Origin: Terriglobia bacterium
Lineage (GTDB): Bacteria > Acidobacteriota > Terriglobia > Acidiferrales > UBA7541
DNA length: 64,000 nt
Direction: 5' to 3'
Assembly (NCBI GenBank): GCA_963695545.1
Contig: OY968796.1
Span: 1,600,001-1,664,000, forward strand
A model generated the notes under the pieces. That model searched no databases and had not been told where the DNA came from. It was given only the letters and a program-made list of their open reading frames with translations. Below, in pieces: positions 10,203 to 22,563 of this stretch; positions within the stretch are counted from its first letter, which is position 1, and each line of letters opens with the position of its first letter. Position numbers and translations under genes: made by a program.

Positions 10203-10976
10203 ATGGCGATTGGCGCAACATTAGGGGGCGACTCCAAGGCGCTTCCGGCCAGGCCGGCTCAGGCCGGAGCGAAGCGGGGCTTCGAGCATTTATTTTTCAC
10301 CGGGATGGCGTTGCTGATTTTGGGCGCGGTGTTCGGCGGATTCGCGCGCCAGTATTATCTGGCCGGAGTGTTTCATGCGCCGCTGCCTGACGCGCTGATT
10401 CACATCCATGCCGCGGTATTTTCATGTTGGATTCTTCTGCTCGTCGCTCAGACGTCGCTGGTTTCCGCAGGCCGCGTGGACCTGCATCGCATCCTGGGCA
10501 TCGGGGGTTTTGTACTGGCGTGCGCCATGGTCCTTCTCGGAATTCTGGCGGCCACGGACGGGCTTGCGAGGGGCCATAGTCCGGTTGCCGGTCTCGATCC
10601 CAGGACTTTCTACGCTGTGCCCATGCTGAATATGGTGCTGTTTGCGCCGCTCATCCTATTTGCATACCGCGCGCGGTCGCGTCCAGCGGTGCACAAGCGG
10701 CTGATTCTGATCGCCACAATCGGGCTAACGAATGCTGCATTTGATCGCTGGCCCATACTTCACCACAATCTCGTCGCGGGAATGCTGCTCTCTGACGCAT
10801 TGCTGCTGATGCTGGTGGTGTACGACCTCTGGTCCACGCACACGATTCAACGGGCAACTCTCTGGGGCGGAACATTCTTGATCCTGATGCACCATCTGGC
10901 CCTTCCCATCGGCGGAACAGCCCCATGGCTGGCATTCGCCACGTGGGCGCAGCACGTCGGCCGGTCATTCTTGTAA
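10203..10976 (+). CDS. Hypothetical integral membrane protein (about 7 TM)
   Basis: GGAGG RBS, hydrophobic helices and His-containing motifs HIHAAVF, LHRILG and HKRLIL. Confidence 0.8.
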   Translation: MAIGATLGGDSKALPARPAQAGAKRGFEHLFFTGMALLILGAVFGGFARQYYLAGVFHAPLPDALIHIHAAVFSCWILLLVAQTSLVSAGRVDLHRILGIGGFVLACAMVLLGILAATDGLARGHSPVAGLDPRTFYAVPMLNMVLFAPLILFAYRARSRPAVHKRLILIATIGLTNAAFDRWPILHHNLVAGMLLSDALLLMLVVYDLWSTHTIQRATLWGGTFLILMHHLALPIGGTAPWLAFATWAQHVGRSFL

Positions 10977-11034
10977 CGCACTTCGGCCGGCGCAGTGGTC
11001 TTCGAGGATCGACTACGCATGTGGCGCGCCGCGG

Positions 11035-13902
<2,868 letters not shown>

Positions 13903-13916
13903 TCGGGGACACCCAT

Positions 13917-13970
13917 TGAAGCAACGCGCCCCGCGCGGGCCGGTGAAGCAACGCGCTCCGCGCGGACCGG
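13917..13970. repeat. Tandem 27 bp hairpin repeat in the uvrA 5' region
   Basis: TGAAGCAACGCGCCCCGCGCGGGCCGG (13917-13943) and TGAAGCAACGCGCTCCGCGCGGACCGG (13944-13970), 25/27 identical. Confidence 0.85.
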
Positions 13971-14020
13971 CTCAGCGAGTCCGCCGCACAGTGGGTAGAA
14001 TGAGCCCAGCATAACCTTTG

Positions 14021-14049
14021 ACGTTAACAAGCCGCTCGCACCCGGTCAA
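14021..14049 (-). promoter_or_regulatory. Putative uvrA promoter
   Basis: Minus strand TTGACC-17 nt-TAACGT with an extended -10 TG. Confidence 0.5.
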
Positions 14050-14243
14050 GACGCGGTCCGCGGGCGAGGAATGGCGGCAAGAATTTTCCACAGGGCGCGT
14101 CCTAGTACTTCGCACGCGACTCGCAGCGCGACGGTCGGAAGATTTTGCCGGTGCATGGTTTTTTTACCCGCCGCCCGGCCGACAACTCGTGAGTTTGCAG
14201 CGAATTGGTTTTGGCGCTTGGCGTGCGTATGTATTCGACCGTA

Positions 14244-14374
14244 GGGAGAAGGCAAGCCGAGGATCCCTTTAGGGGATTGAGGGCTGGGCCGGCCTGTCTT
14301 CTCCCACATCCTCCGCCTCGTCTCACTCCATAGTCCCTACCACCCCAAAGCACGGCACCCAAACGAGGCGGAGG
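14244..14374 (+). ncRNA. Candidate structured RNA (two large stem-loops), family unknown
   Basis: GGGAGAAGGCA (14244-14254) pairs with TGTCTTCTCCC (14295-14305). CCTCCGCCTCGT (14310-14321) pairs perfectly with ACGAGGCGGAGG (14363-14374). G-U pairs mostly favour the plus strand. Confidence 0.4.
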
Positions 14375-14503
14375 TGCGCCTGAACGGTGCCGAACGATTC
14401 CAGACCGTCGAGTCGCGTGTCGCGGGCCGCGGCGAAGAAGAGGAGAACAAAAAATCGGGCGGAACGGTTTGGGTTTCGCGATAGTCTAAGTGAGCGTAAG
14501 GCG

Positions 14504-15370
14504 ATGCCATTCTCTCAACAAAAATTCGGTGCGGCGTGGCGGCGCGCGGTGCTCGCGGGCGCGCTTGCGGCGTTGGCGATTTGCGGAACGCGCGCGATTC
14601 GCGCGCAGAGTCCGGCGCTTCCCCATGTGGACGTTTCACTTTTGTCCGACCAGACGGCCGTGCGGCCGGGACAAACACTTTGGGTTGGACTCCAATTTCA
14701 ATTGCCGCGTGGTTGGCATATCTATTGGATGAATCCGGGAGATTCCGGCGAGCCGCCGAAAATTCGGTGGAACTTGCCGCCAGGATTTCACGCCGGGGAT
14801 TTTTTGTGGCCGTATCCGCAGCGCATCGAGGCGCCTTCGATTGTGGATTACGGCTACGCGAATGGCGTGGTGCTCCTCGCGCCGATTGCGGTTCCGGCCG
14901 AATTGCCGGCGCATGGTTCGGTGACGCTGGGCGGCGCGGTGCGCTATCTCGTGTGCCGCGAAATTTGCGTGCCGGGGAAAGCCAGCGTGCAACTCGTGCT
15001 GCCGGTTGCGGCGCACGCGAGCGGCTCCGCCGCGGCGTCGAATGCCCCGGTACACGCGCTGTTCGTGCAGACAAGACAGCGATTGCCGGAGCCCGCTCCG
15101 GCGGCGTGGCAGGCGCGCGCGCGGTCGGCCGGAAATGAATTCGTATTGTCGCTGCGCATCGGCAAGGCCGCGCCGCAAGCGGAATTTTTTCCGATGGATG
15201 CCGACGTGATCGAAAACTCGGCCGCTCAGGAGGTGCGCGGCACAGCGGCGGGACTCGAGATTCATTTGCGGAAATCGGACCAATTGATGAAACCGATTGC
15301 ACGCTTGCGCGGAGTGGTGGTCCTGCCAGGGCGCGGGGCCTACAGCGTGGACGCGCCCGTGACGCAGTAG
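14504..15370 (+). CDS. Secreted DsbD N-terminal-like (protein-disulfide reductase) domain protein
   Basis: Signal peptide, GWHIYWMNPGDSG motif and YLVCREICVP (CxxxC). Confidence 0.88.
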   Translation: MPFSQQKFGAAWRRAVLAGALAALAICGTRAIRAQSPALPHVDVSLLSDQTAVRPGQTLWVGLQFQLPRGWHIYWMNPGDSGEPPKIRWNLPPGFHAGDFLWPYPQRIEAPSIVDYGYANGVVLLAPIAVPAELPAHGSVTLGGAVRYLVCREICVPGKASVQLVLPVAAHASGSAAASNAPVHALFVQTRQRLPEPAPAAWQARARSAGNEFVLSLRIGKAAPQAEFFPMDADVIENSAAQEVRGTAAGLEIHLRKSDQLMKPIARLRGVVVLPGRGAYSVDAPVTQ

Positions 15371-15461
15371 GCCGCCGCGACAGGAGGCCACCGAGATTTT
15401 GCTGCGAACCGTGACATCGAATGTGCAGGCTCAGCGCATCCGAGCCAGTAAGGAGAGACGC

Positions 15462-16073
15462 ATGAACGCGAAAAAGATCGGCACGATAACGGCGGCGATG
15501 ATTTTGCTTGCAGCAGCGGCGGCGTTCGCTGCGCGCGTGGGCCAAGCAGCGCCGGATTTCACGGCCACCGACAGCAACGGGCAGACGCATCATCTGGCCG
15601 ACTATCGCGGGAAATATGTGGTGCTTGAATGGCACAACAACGGCTGCCCCTACACGCAGAAGCACTACGAGAGCGGCAACATGGAAAATTTGCAGAGGGA
15701 ATGGACGGCTCGCGGCGTGATTTGGTTTACGGTGATTTCATCGGCGCCGGGAGAGCAAGGCTACGTGACCGCGGCGCAGGAGAACGATTACATGCGCGAG
15801 ATGCACGCCGCGCCGACGGCGGCTCTGCTTGATCCGGATGGCCAATTGGGCCGTCTCTACGACGCGAAGACTACGCCGCACATGTTCGTGATCAACCCGG
15901 AAGGCGTGCTGATCTATGACGGCGCGATCGACGACCGGCCGACGACCGATGCGTCGGACATCGCGGGCGCCACGAATTACGTTTCGCAGGCGCTGGCCGA
16001 GGCGATGGCCGGCAAGCCGGTTTCCGTGCCGACCACACGGCCATACGGCTGCTCGGTGAAATACGCGCGCTAG
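15462..16073 (+). CDS. Secreted redoxin (AhpC/TSA, thioredoxin-like) protein
   Basis: AGGAG RBS, signal peptide, GQAAPDF, EWHNNGCPY, AKTTPHMFVI, YDGAIDD and GCSVKY. Confidence 0.9.
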   Translation: MNAKKIGTITAAMILLAAAAAFAARVGQAAPDFTATDSNGQTHHLADYRGKYVVLEWHNNGCPYTQKHYESGNMENLQREWTARGVIWFTVISSAPGEQGYVTAAQENDYMREMHAAPTAALLDPDGQLGRLYDAKTTPHMFVINPEGVLIYDGAIDDRPTTDASDIAGATNYVSQALAEAMAGKPVSVPTTRPYGCSVKYAR

Positions 16074-16147
16074 AATCGGCGCGCGCTCGGGTTCGCGAGT
16101 TAGATTTTTATTTTAGTCGGAGCACGAAGCATGGTGCTCTGGTGATG

Positions 16148-16172
16148 AAAGGGGCGGATCGAGATCCGCCCC
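16148..16172 (-). terminator. Probable intrinsic terminator between convergent genes
   Basis: GGGGCGGATC-GA-GATCCGCCCC hairpin with a short A-tract on the left. Confidence 0.6.
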
Positions 16173-16199
16173 ACTCCTCAGGTTGCTGCGTGCATGGCG

Positions 16200-16532
16200 T
16201 CAGGGGATTTGGATCGCCTCCGTTTTTCCGCTGAAGTCGATCTCCGTGATCTGGTGGTTTGCGTTGGCCGTCACTTCCGTGAACTCAGATCTGTTCGGGA
16301 GCTGGATCCAGTGACAGGGAACTTCGGCGACGACCACGCCGTCCTTCTCGACCGTCAATTGAGTCGCGTCGTTCTTCACTCTGAGTTCGTAAGCGCCGGG
16401 CTGGAGTTCTTTCCCGGCGACGGTTTCGGGTTGTTCGACCGTTAGGTCGGTTGAGAATGTTTGAGCCCAAAGCGGCAGGCTCATTAAGATGACGGCAAAT
16501 CCTGCTAAAAAATGTTGAGCTCGAATACGCAT
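16200..16532 (-). CDS. Small secreted beta-rich hypothetical protein (110 aa)
   Basis: GGAGG RBS before ATG 16532, signal peptide ending PLWA, and VAGKELQPGAYEL motif. Confidence 0.8.
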   Translation of the reverse strand: MRIRAQHFLAGFAVILMSLPLWAQTFSTDLTVEQPETVAGKELQPGAYELRVKNDATQLTVEKDGVVVAEVPCHWIQLPNRSEFTEVTANANHQITEIDFSGKTEAIQIP

Positions 16533-16728
16533 AAATCTATTTCCTCCTACGATCAAGGTAGTTTCCCCGCGGGAGAACAGAGCAGGCCTGCAGAGTTCCT
16601 GTGGGCGGGAGCCTCGAATTGAATTCAAATATTCGAGCAGCTCCTCAATAATTGGGACGCGCTAGGCGGCGTTAAGGTTGCAGCAGAATTGCCGGTTTAG
16701 CGCGACCGCGTCGCGCGAAACAAACGGC

Positions 16729-19530
16729 TCAACGTTGAGGTTGCTGCGGTTTTTCAATGGTCTGATTGCTCTGCACGGAAAATAAGACGAAATCTGTGAA
16801 GGTGTGCTTGACGACGGCGCGGCCGTTCATCATTTCGGTGAAGGTTTCGGCGCTTTGCGGCAGCCAGAGCTGCACGTTCTGATTGTGGAAGTCCACGGGC
16901 GCGTAAGTGATCGACGTGGCCATGTTGGTGAGGCCGAGCATCGCGACCGGCTCCGCCAGGTTGGTCTCAATGTGCAACACCTGGAAGGAGTCCTGAGCGA
17001 TCCAAGCGATTCCTTTCAGTTTCAAGGAAATCTGTCGCTGCGGTGTGTCGATGCCTTGCGTCCGGCCGGGCTTGTCCTTGCGCTGGACGAAATGGATCAC
17101 CCAAGCGGGAGTTCCATTCCAATCGGCCGCGCCTTCGCAGCGCATATCGTAATCGCCTTGATAGTAGGGGTGGAAAATCAGAGCGAGCGCCGTAAGGCCG
17201 TTATCTCGCGGGCCGCCGGCGAGACCCCTTCCGCCAGCGGACACCTGGCGAGATTCGTCAACCACGAAGGCGTTGGGCGCTTGCTCGAAGGTCACGAGGT
17301 AATCGTAGTTGGCGATTTGGCTTCCAACCAACATCCCCATGGAATTCAGCTGTTGCAATTGAATGGTCTCTTTCGCGGCGAACCTCTGAAGATTGTCGAC
17401 GAGTTCCTGCGCGCGCTCACCGGCCTGCGAGAGAACGTCGGTAAGCGAGCAGGTCTGCGTCGTGGAAATCGATTTCAGTGGCGCATCCACGTTCGGCGGC
17501 GACCACATCGAGTTGTTGTCCTCGGCTTTTTCGGCTTGGCGCGCGAGTTGCATGCAGGGATCGTGCAGGCTGCCGGGCGACTCGCCGCACTTCTCGAAGG
17601 CGTCGGAAGCATCGGCGTAACGCTTGAGTTGCTGCAATCCGATTCCCAGCGCCCAGAGGTCGGTGGGATCAGGGGATGTAACACCCAAATTGGCTTGCTG
17701 CAGTTCGGCGACGGAATCCGTAAAGTCGCGCCGGCGAAATTCGACGAGACCGAGGCCGCTGTGCGCGCGCATCATCTCGGTCGTCTTGTAGGCGGAAAAT
17801 TGCACGTCACTAAGACCCGGCGGCTTGGGCAGCGAGGGAATGATTTCGATCGCGTGCTTCAAATAATTCTCGGCTTGGTCGTACTCGGCGTTCGCGCCGG
17901 AGTCGTTCGGGTCATAGAGATGCGCGATCACCCAGCCGGTCAGAACCAAAATGTCCACGTCGTCGGGATTTTTCGCGAGCGACGTCGCGGCGGCGGCGTA
18001 GAAATCGAGCCAATCCTGCTTCGAGTAGTAGGTTTCGACCAGGCGATTCGATACCGGACCTGCGAACCGGCTGTCGGGATGCGTGGCGAGAAAGTCCTTG
18101 GCGAGCCGAATTTGCGCGTCGGGATCTGTGGCGTCCAGAATCGCCTTGAAGCTCGCTTCTTCCTGCATCTCCGGGCTGAGCGCGGGTTGCGCGGGCTGCG
18201 TCGCGAAGTAGCCGAGACGCGCTTGGATCGTGAAGTTAGGATGCGCGATCACACTTGCCTTTATTTTATGAAAGCTGCCGTCATATTTCAGGTTCGGCGG
18301 CGCGAAGCCGAGCACGTAGGACGCTTCCGCGACGCCGCCGATGCGCTCGAATCCGCCATCGAAATCGTTGGTATCGCGGATGAACACGCCTCCCGTGCCC
18401 TCGGCGGCCCCCGCGACCACCGCCGCGGCTGAATCGTCACCGGCTTTATCAAGCGCGGGATCCGATGCTCCCATCGCTGATTGGCTGGCGTCGCCGCCGG
18501 GAACATACGCTTTCAATCCGTAGCCAGCCATGGCGCTGATCACGACGTTGTTGTGAATCGCACCGTCGATGATTTGATTCAAGCGATCCTGGTGAGCGCG
18601 GTTCTCAAAACCATCCGAGATCAGCGCGATGCCGTGTTCCCCGGGAAGTTGCCCCATGCGCCGGACCAGATTCTGCAGAGCGCCAAGCGTGTTTTCGGCG
18701 TACACGTCGCTTAGAGCCAAAACATTTCGCGCGGTCATTTGGGCGATGATCGGCAGATTTGTGCCCGGTGGGCAACTGCTTGGCGGTCCGCCGCAAACGC
18801 ATTGCGCGGTCATGTTGATCGCGTCCTGCACGGCCACTGGATCGTCGTCCAGGAAGAGTTGCGCATGGTAAGCGGTCAGGTTCGGACACTCTCCCCCCGC
18901 AGAGTTCGCCGCGATGCGAAGTTGTGCGAGCGCCTTTTGAAGTTTGTCGGCGTCGGTGGTGAAGTCGATCTCCGCTCGCCCGGACGGCGTGAAGATGCCG
19001 ACGCTGTCGCCGGCGCCTAGCGCCTTTACCAGAAATCTCTGCGCGGCGTCGCGCGTACGAGCCAATTCCGCAAACTGCAGATGGTAATCGTCGAAGAAAA
19101 GCGCGGTGTAGTGCTGACTGGAACCCGGCGCGGGTGCGGTAGCAGGCTGCGCGCCGGTCGGCGCGGCGGCCGGAGTTTCCGCTGGCGCGGGTTGAACCGC
19201 GCCGTTCGCGGCGTTCTCGGCGGAAAAATAAGCGATGGCTTGCGGCTTGCCGTTATCGAAAAGTTGGAAATCATTTTGGGCGAGGCCGCTCACGGCATTG
19301 CCATGGGCATCGCGCACGACGACGCGCACGAGCACGAGATTCGATTGAACGCTGATGACGGACGGAGGCGCAGCCGCCTGCGACGCCGCGGGAGAGGAAC
19401 TATTCGGCGCTTGCGCGGCCAGCAGCGCGAGGCTGCACGCGGCAATCGCCGCCATAAACAGCGCAGCTCTTGCCGCGGAAGATTTCCGCAAGGGCTGGCC
19501 GTGAGACTCCATGTTCAAGGCATTCGACAC
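16729..19530 (-). CDS. Acidobacterial-type VWA domain protein with TPR region and C-terminal beta domain (paralogue B)
   Basis: Signal peptide, NLVLVRVVVRD..GNAVSGL...DFQLFDNGKPQ, LFFDD, LISDGF, YVLGF...DGSFHKI, then TPR-like helices. Confidence 0.88.
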   Translation of the reverse strand: MSNALNMESHGQPLRKSSAARAALFMAAIAACSLALLAAQAPNSSSPAASQAAAPPSVISVQSNLVLVRVVVRDAHGNAVSGLAQNDFQLFDNGKPQAIAYFSAENAANGAVQPAPAETPAAAPTGAQPATAPAPGSSQHYTALFFDDYHLQFAELARTRDAAQRFLVKALGAGDSVGIFTPSGRAEIDFTTDADKLQKALAQLRIAANSAGGECPNLTAYHAQLFLDDDPVAVQDAINMTAQCVCGGPPSSCPPGTNLPIIAQMTARNVLALSDVYAENTLGALQNLVRRMGQLPGEHGIALISDGFENRAHQDRLNQIIDGAIHNNVVISAMAGYGLKAYVPGGDASQSAMGASDPALDKAGDDSAAAVVAGAAEGTGGVFIRDTNDFDGGFERIGGVAEASYVLGFAPPNLKYDGSFHKIKASVIAHPNFTIQARLGYFATQPAQPALSPEMQEEASFKAILDATDPDAQIRLAKDFLATHPDSRFAGPVSNRLVETYYSKQDWLDFYAAAATSLAKNPDDVDILVLTGWVIAHLYDPNDSGANAEYDQAENYLKHAIEIIPSLPKPPGLSDVQFSAYKTTEMMRAHSGLGLVEFRRRDFTDSVAELQQANLGVTSPDPTDLWALGIGLQQLKRYADASDAFEKCGESPGSLHDPCMQLARQAEKAEDNNSMWSPPNVDAPLKSISTTQTCSLTDVLSQAGERAQELVDNLQRFAAKETIQLQQLNSMGMLVGSQIANYDYLVTFEQAPNAFVVDESRQVSAGGRGLAGGPRDNGLTALALIFHPYYQGDYDMRCEGAADWNGTPAWVIHFVQRKDKPGRTQGIDTPQRQISLKLKGIAWIAQDSFQVLHIETNLAEPVAMLGLTNMATSITYAPVDFHNQNVQLWLPQSAETFTEMMNGRAVVKHTFTDFVLFSVQSNQTIEKPQQPQR

Positions 19531-19542
19531 AGCGGTCGCCCG

Positions 19543-22416
19543 CTAAGGCTGGGGCGGCTTTAGTTTAATCTCGACGGAGAACAAGGCGAAATCGGAAAAA
19601 GTGTCCTTGGTGACCACGCGCTTCCTGGCAACTTCCGTGAAGGTCTCGGCGCTTTGCGGCAGCCAGAGTTGCACGTTCTGGCCGCGGAATTCCACGGGCC
19701 CGTAGTCAACCGAGACAGCATCGCTGTCGACGGTTTGATCCTGGCGGAGCAGGACAGGCTCGAGCAAATTGGTGTCGATGTGCAGAACCTGGTAGGAGTC
19801 CTTTGCAATCCACGCGCGGCCTTTTAATTGTTCCGGGAAGACAGTCTGCGGTGTGACGTATCCCCGCGTGCGACTGGGTTTGTCTTTGCGCTGGGCGAAA
19901 TGGATCACCCATGCGGGGGTTCCATTCCAATCGGCCAGGCCCTCGCAGCGCATCTCGTAGTCGCCTTGATAGTACGGATGGAAAATCAGCGCGAGAGAAG
20001 TGAGGCCCTGAACGGGCGGATTGCCGGTGAGAGGCTTGGCATCGGGAGTGAGCCGGAGATTTTCGTCGAACAAAAACGCGCCGGGCATCTGCTTGAGGCT
20101 CACGACGTAATCGAAGTCGGCGGATTCGTCCACTTTCAGCGAGTAATCGTAGGACGCGCCTCCGTCCGGGCCCATGTCCGCTGCATAGGCATCCAGTTCG
20201 TCGTATTGAATTTTCTCGCGCGCGGTGAACTTCGGGAAGTTATCGACGAGTTCCTGAGCGCGTTCGCCGGCGTGGGTCAGGACGTCGGGAAGCGAGCAGG
20301 CCTCGGCCTTAGAAACCAGCGGCAGCCGCGCATCGACGTCCGGCGGAGACCAGAGCGTCTGGCGAGCTTTGGCCTTGGCGCCCCCCACTTGATGAGCGAG
20401 CTGCTTGCAAGGGCCCTGCAAGCCGCCGGGAATCTGGGCACATTTCTTGAATGCGTCGCCCGCTTCGTCGTAGCGATCGAGTTGCTGCAGCCCGATGCCC
20501 AACTCGCGCAGATCGGAGGGATCGGGTGATACCTCGCCTTGAATCGCCTGCTGGAATTCCTGGACGGAGTGCAGGTAGTCTCGCCGGAGAAAATCAATCA
20601 GGCCGAGGCCGCGATGCGCCAATAATATTTCGGATGACTTGTGCGCGGCAAACTGCTCGTCGGTGAGCCCGGCGGCGTTGGAAAGAGTGGGAATGATCTC
20701 GATGGCGCGGTTCAAATCGGTCTCAGCTTCGTTCAGCTTGGCGGCGGCTGCGGGGCTGTTTGGATCGTACAAGTGCGCGCTCACCCAGCCGGTCAAGACC
20801 AAAACGTCCACATCGTCGGGATATTTTGCAAGCGCGCTGGCTGACGCTGCGTAGAAATCGTTCCAATCTTGTTTCGCGTAGCACGCCGCTACCAGAAGAT
20901 TTGACACGGGTTCGGCGAACCGACTCGCGGGGTGTTGCGCGAGGAAATCCTGGCTGAGCTGAATTTGCTGGGCCGGATCGGTTGTGGCCTGGATCGCTTT
21001 GAAGCCGGCTGCTTCCTGCATTGCAGTCTGCATCGCAGCACTCGCCGGGGATTCCGGCTGCGGCGGTGTGGCGAAATAGCCGGGGCGCGCTTGCACCGTC
21101 CAGTTGGAATGCGTGGTCACGATGATTTTCAATTTGTGATAGCGGCCGTCGAATGCGAGTTCGTTCGGCGCGAAACCGAGCACGTAGGACGCTTCCGCGA
21201 CAGCGCCGATGCGGTCGAATCCGCTCTTGTAGTCGTTCGTGTTGCGTACGAAAACGCCACCGGTGCCCCCGGCTGTGTCCTGCATCACTTCCGCGTCAGC
21301 GTTGACGCCCGCCCTTTCGACTTTGCTCTGGAATGGTGATCCGGCTGACTCGCTGGCCACATCGAAGGTGGAATCCGCAGCCAGACCATGAGCATCGAGC
21401 GCGCTGATGGTGACGTTGTTTCGGATGGCGGCATCGATGATTTGATTCAAGCGATCGGGGTGCGCCCGATCTCTGAAACCATCCGACACCATCCCGATCC
21501 TGTGTTCGCCGGGAAGTTCGCCAATGTACCGGACCAGCTTCTGCAGGGCCGCGAGCGTTTCTTGGGCATACCCATCGCTTTGTGCCACGATCGCTTGCGC
21601 GGCGGACTGAGCGACGTTGTCTACCGCAGTCTGCGAGCAGTTGCTGGGCGGGCTGCCATTCGGTCCTGGGGGACAGACGCATGGAGTAGCCATTGATCTC
21701 GCGAGCGTTACGGCGTCCGGGTCGTTGTCCATGACGCCCTGGGCAACGTAAAGCGGCAGGGCGGGGCACCCGTTGTCCGCGGGTCGCGACTCAATGCGAA
21801 TTTGGGAGAGTGCCTTCTGAAGTTTGTCGGCGTCGGTCGTGAAGTCGAGGGTCACCTTCCCAGAAGCCGTGAAGATTCCGATCCGATCGCCGGCGCTCAA
21901 CGCCTTGCCGATGAATCCTTGCGCCGCCTGGCGCGTCTGCGCCAAATCCTCAAATTGCATGTGGTAATCGTCGAAGAAAAGCCCCGTGGCACGCTGCCTC
22001 GAAGTCGGCGCGGGCGCGCTCGCGCTCGCGGGCTGCGCGCCCGTGGGCGTCGTGGCTGATGTTCCGGCAGTCGCGGGCTGAGTTGCGCCGTTCGAAGCGT
22101 TCTCGGCGGAAAAATACGCGATCGTTTGCGGCTTGCCGTTGTCGTAGAGTTGGAAATCTGATTGGCGAAGGCCCGTGACCGCGTTGCCCTGAGCATCGCG
22201 CACGACGACGCGCACCAGCACAAGATTCGTTTCGACGCTGATAACGGATGGAGGCGCTGCTGTTTGCGACGGCGCGGGAGCGGCACGGTTGGGAACTTGC
22301 GCCGCCAGAAGAGCGAGGCTGCACGCAGCAATTGCCGCCATAAACAGCGGAGCCCTTGCTGCGGGCGGTCTGCGCACGCGTCGTCCGCGAATTTCTCCGC
22401 TCAACGATTTGGTCAA
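19543..22416 (-). CDS. Acidobacterial-type VWA domain protein with TPR region and C-terminal beta domain (paralogue A)
   Basis: Same architecture and many identical blocks as 16729-19530. Confidence 0.88.
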   Translation of the reverse strand: MTKSLSGEIRGRRVRRPPAARAPLFMAAIAACSLALLAAQVPNRAAPAPSQTAAPPSVISVETNLVLVRVVVRDAQGNAVTGLRQSDFQLYDNGKPQTIAYFSAENASNGATQPATAGTSATTPTGAQPASASAPAPTSRQRATGLFFDDYHMQFEDLAQTRQAAQGFIGKALSAGDRIGIFTASGKVTLDFTTDADKLQKALSQIRIESRPADNGCPALPLYVAQGVMDNDPDAVTLARSMATPCVCPPGPNGSPPSNCSQTAVDNVAQSAAQAIVAQSDGYAQETLAALQKLVRYIGELPGEHRIGMVSDGFRDRAHPDRLNQIIDAAIRNNVTISALDAHGLAADSTFDVASESAGSPFQSKVERAGVNADAEVMQDTAGGTGGVFVRNTNDYKSGFDRIGAVAEASYVLGFAPNELAFDGRYHKLKIIVTTHSNWTVQARPGYFATPPQPESPASAAMQTAMQEAAGFKAIQATTDPAQQIQLSQDFLAQHPASRFAEPVSNLLVAACYAKQDWNDFYAASASALAKYPDDVDVLVLTGWVSAHLYDPNSPAAAAKLNEAETDLNRAIEIIPTLSNAAGLTDEQFAAHKSSEILLAHRGLGLIDFLRRDYLHSVQEFQQAIQGEVSPDPSDLRELGIGLQQLDRYDEAGDAFKKCAQIPGGLQGPCKQLAHQVGGAKAKARQTLWSPPDVDARLPLVSKAEACSLPDVLTHAGERAQELVDNFPKFTAREKIQYDELDAYAADMGPDGGASYDYSLKVDESADFDYVVSLKQMPGAFLFDENLRLTPDAKPLTGNPPVQGLTSLALIFHPYYQGDYEMRCEGLADWNGTPAWVIHFAQRKDKPSRTRGYVTPQTVFPEQLKGRAWIAKDSYQVLHIDTNLLEPVLLRQDQTVDSDAVSVDYGPVEFRGQNVQLWLPQSAETFTEVARKRVVTKDTFSDFALFSVEIKLKPPQP

Positions 22417-22484
22417 AGCGGCCTCTCGATCTCGAATCGCCGCGCGGAATTTTATCTGACGCTATTTGCCGCAAGGCCTAGCGC

Positions 22485-22513
22485 AAAATAGCTTACGGAA
22501 AGTCCGATGTCAA
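22485..22513 (-). promoter_or_regulatory. Putative sigma70 promoter for the VWA pair
   Basis: Minus strand TTGACA-17 nt-TATTTT. Confidence 0.55.
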
Positions 22514-22563
22514 CCAGCGAAGTTTACCTAGGTGCCTATCCGTAGCGCGGCTCAGTGCGGCGC

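Noticed and set aside
13903..14100. LexA/SOS box upstream of uvrA
   Set aside because: No convincing CTGT-N8-ACAG, GAAC-N4-GTTC or GTTC-N7-GTTC motif was found by eye.
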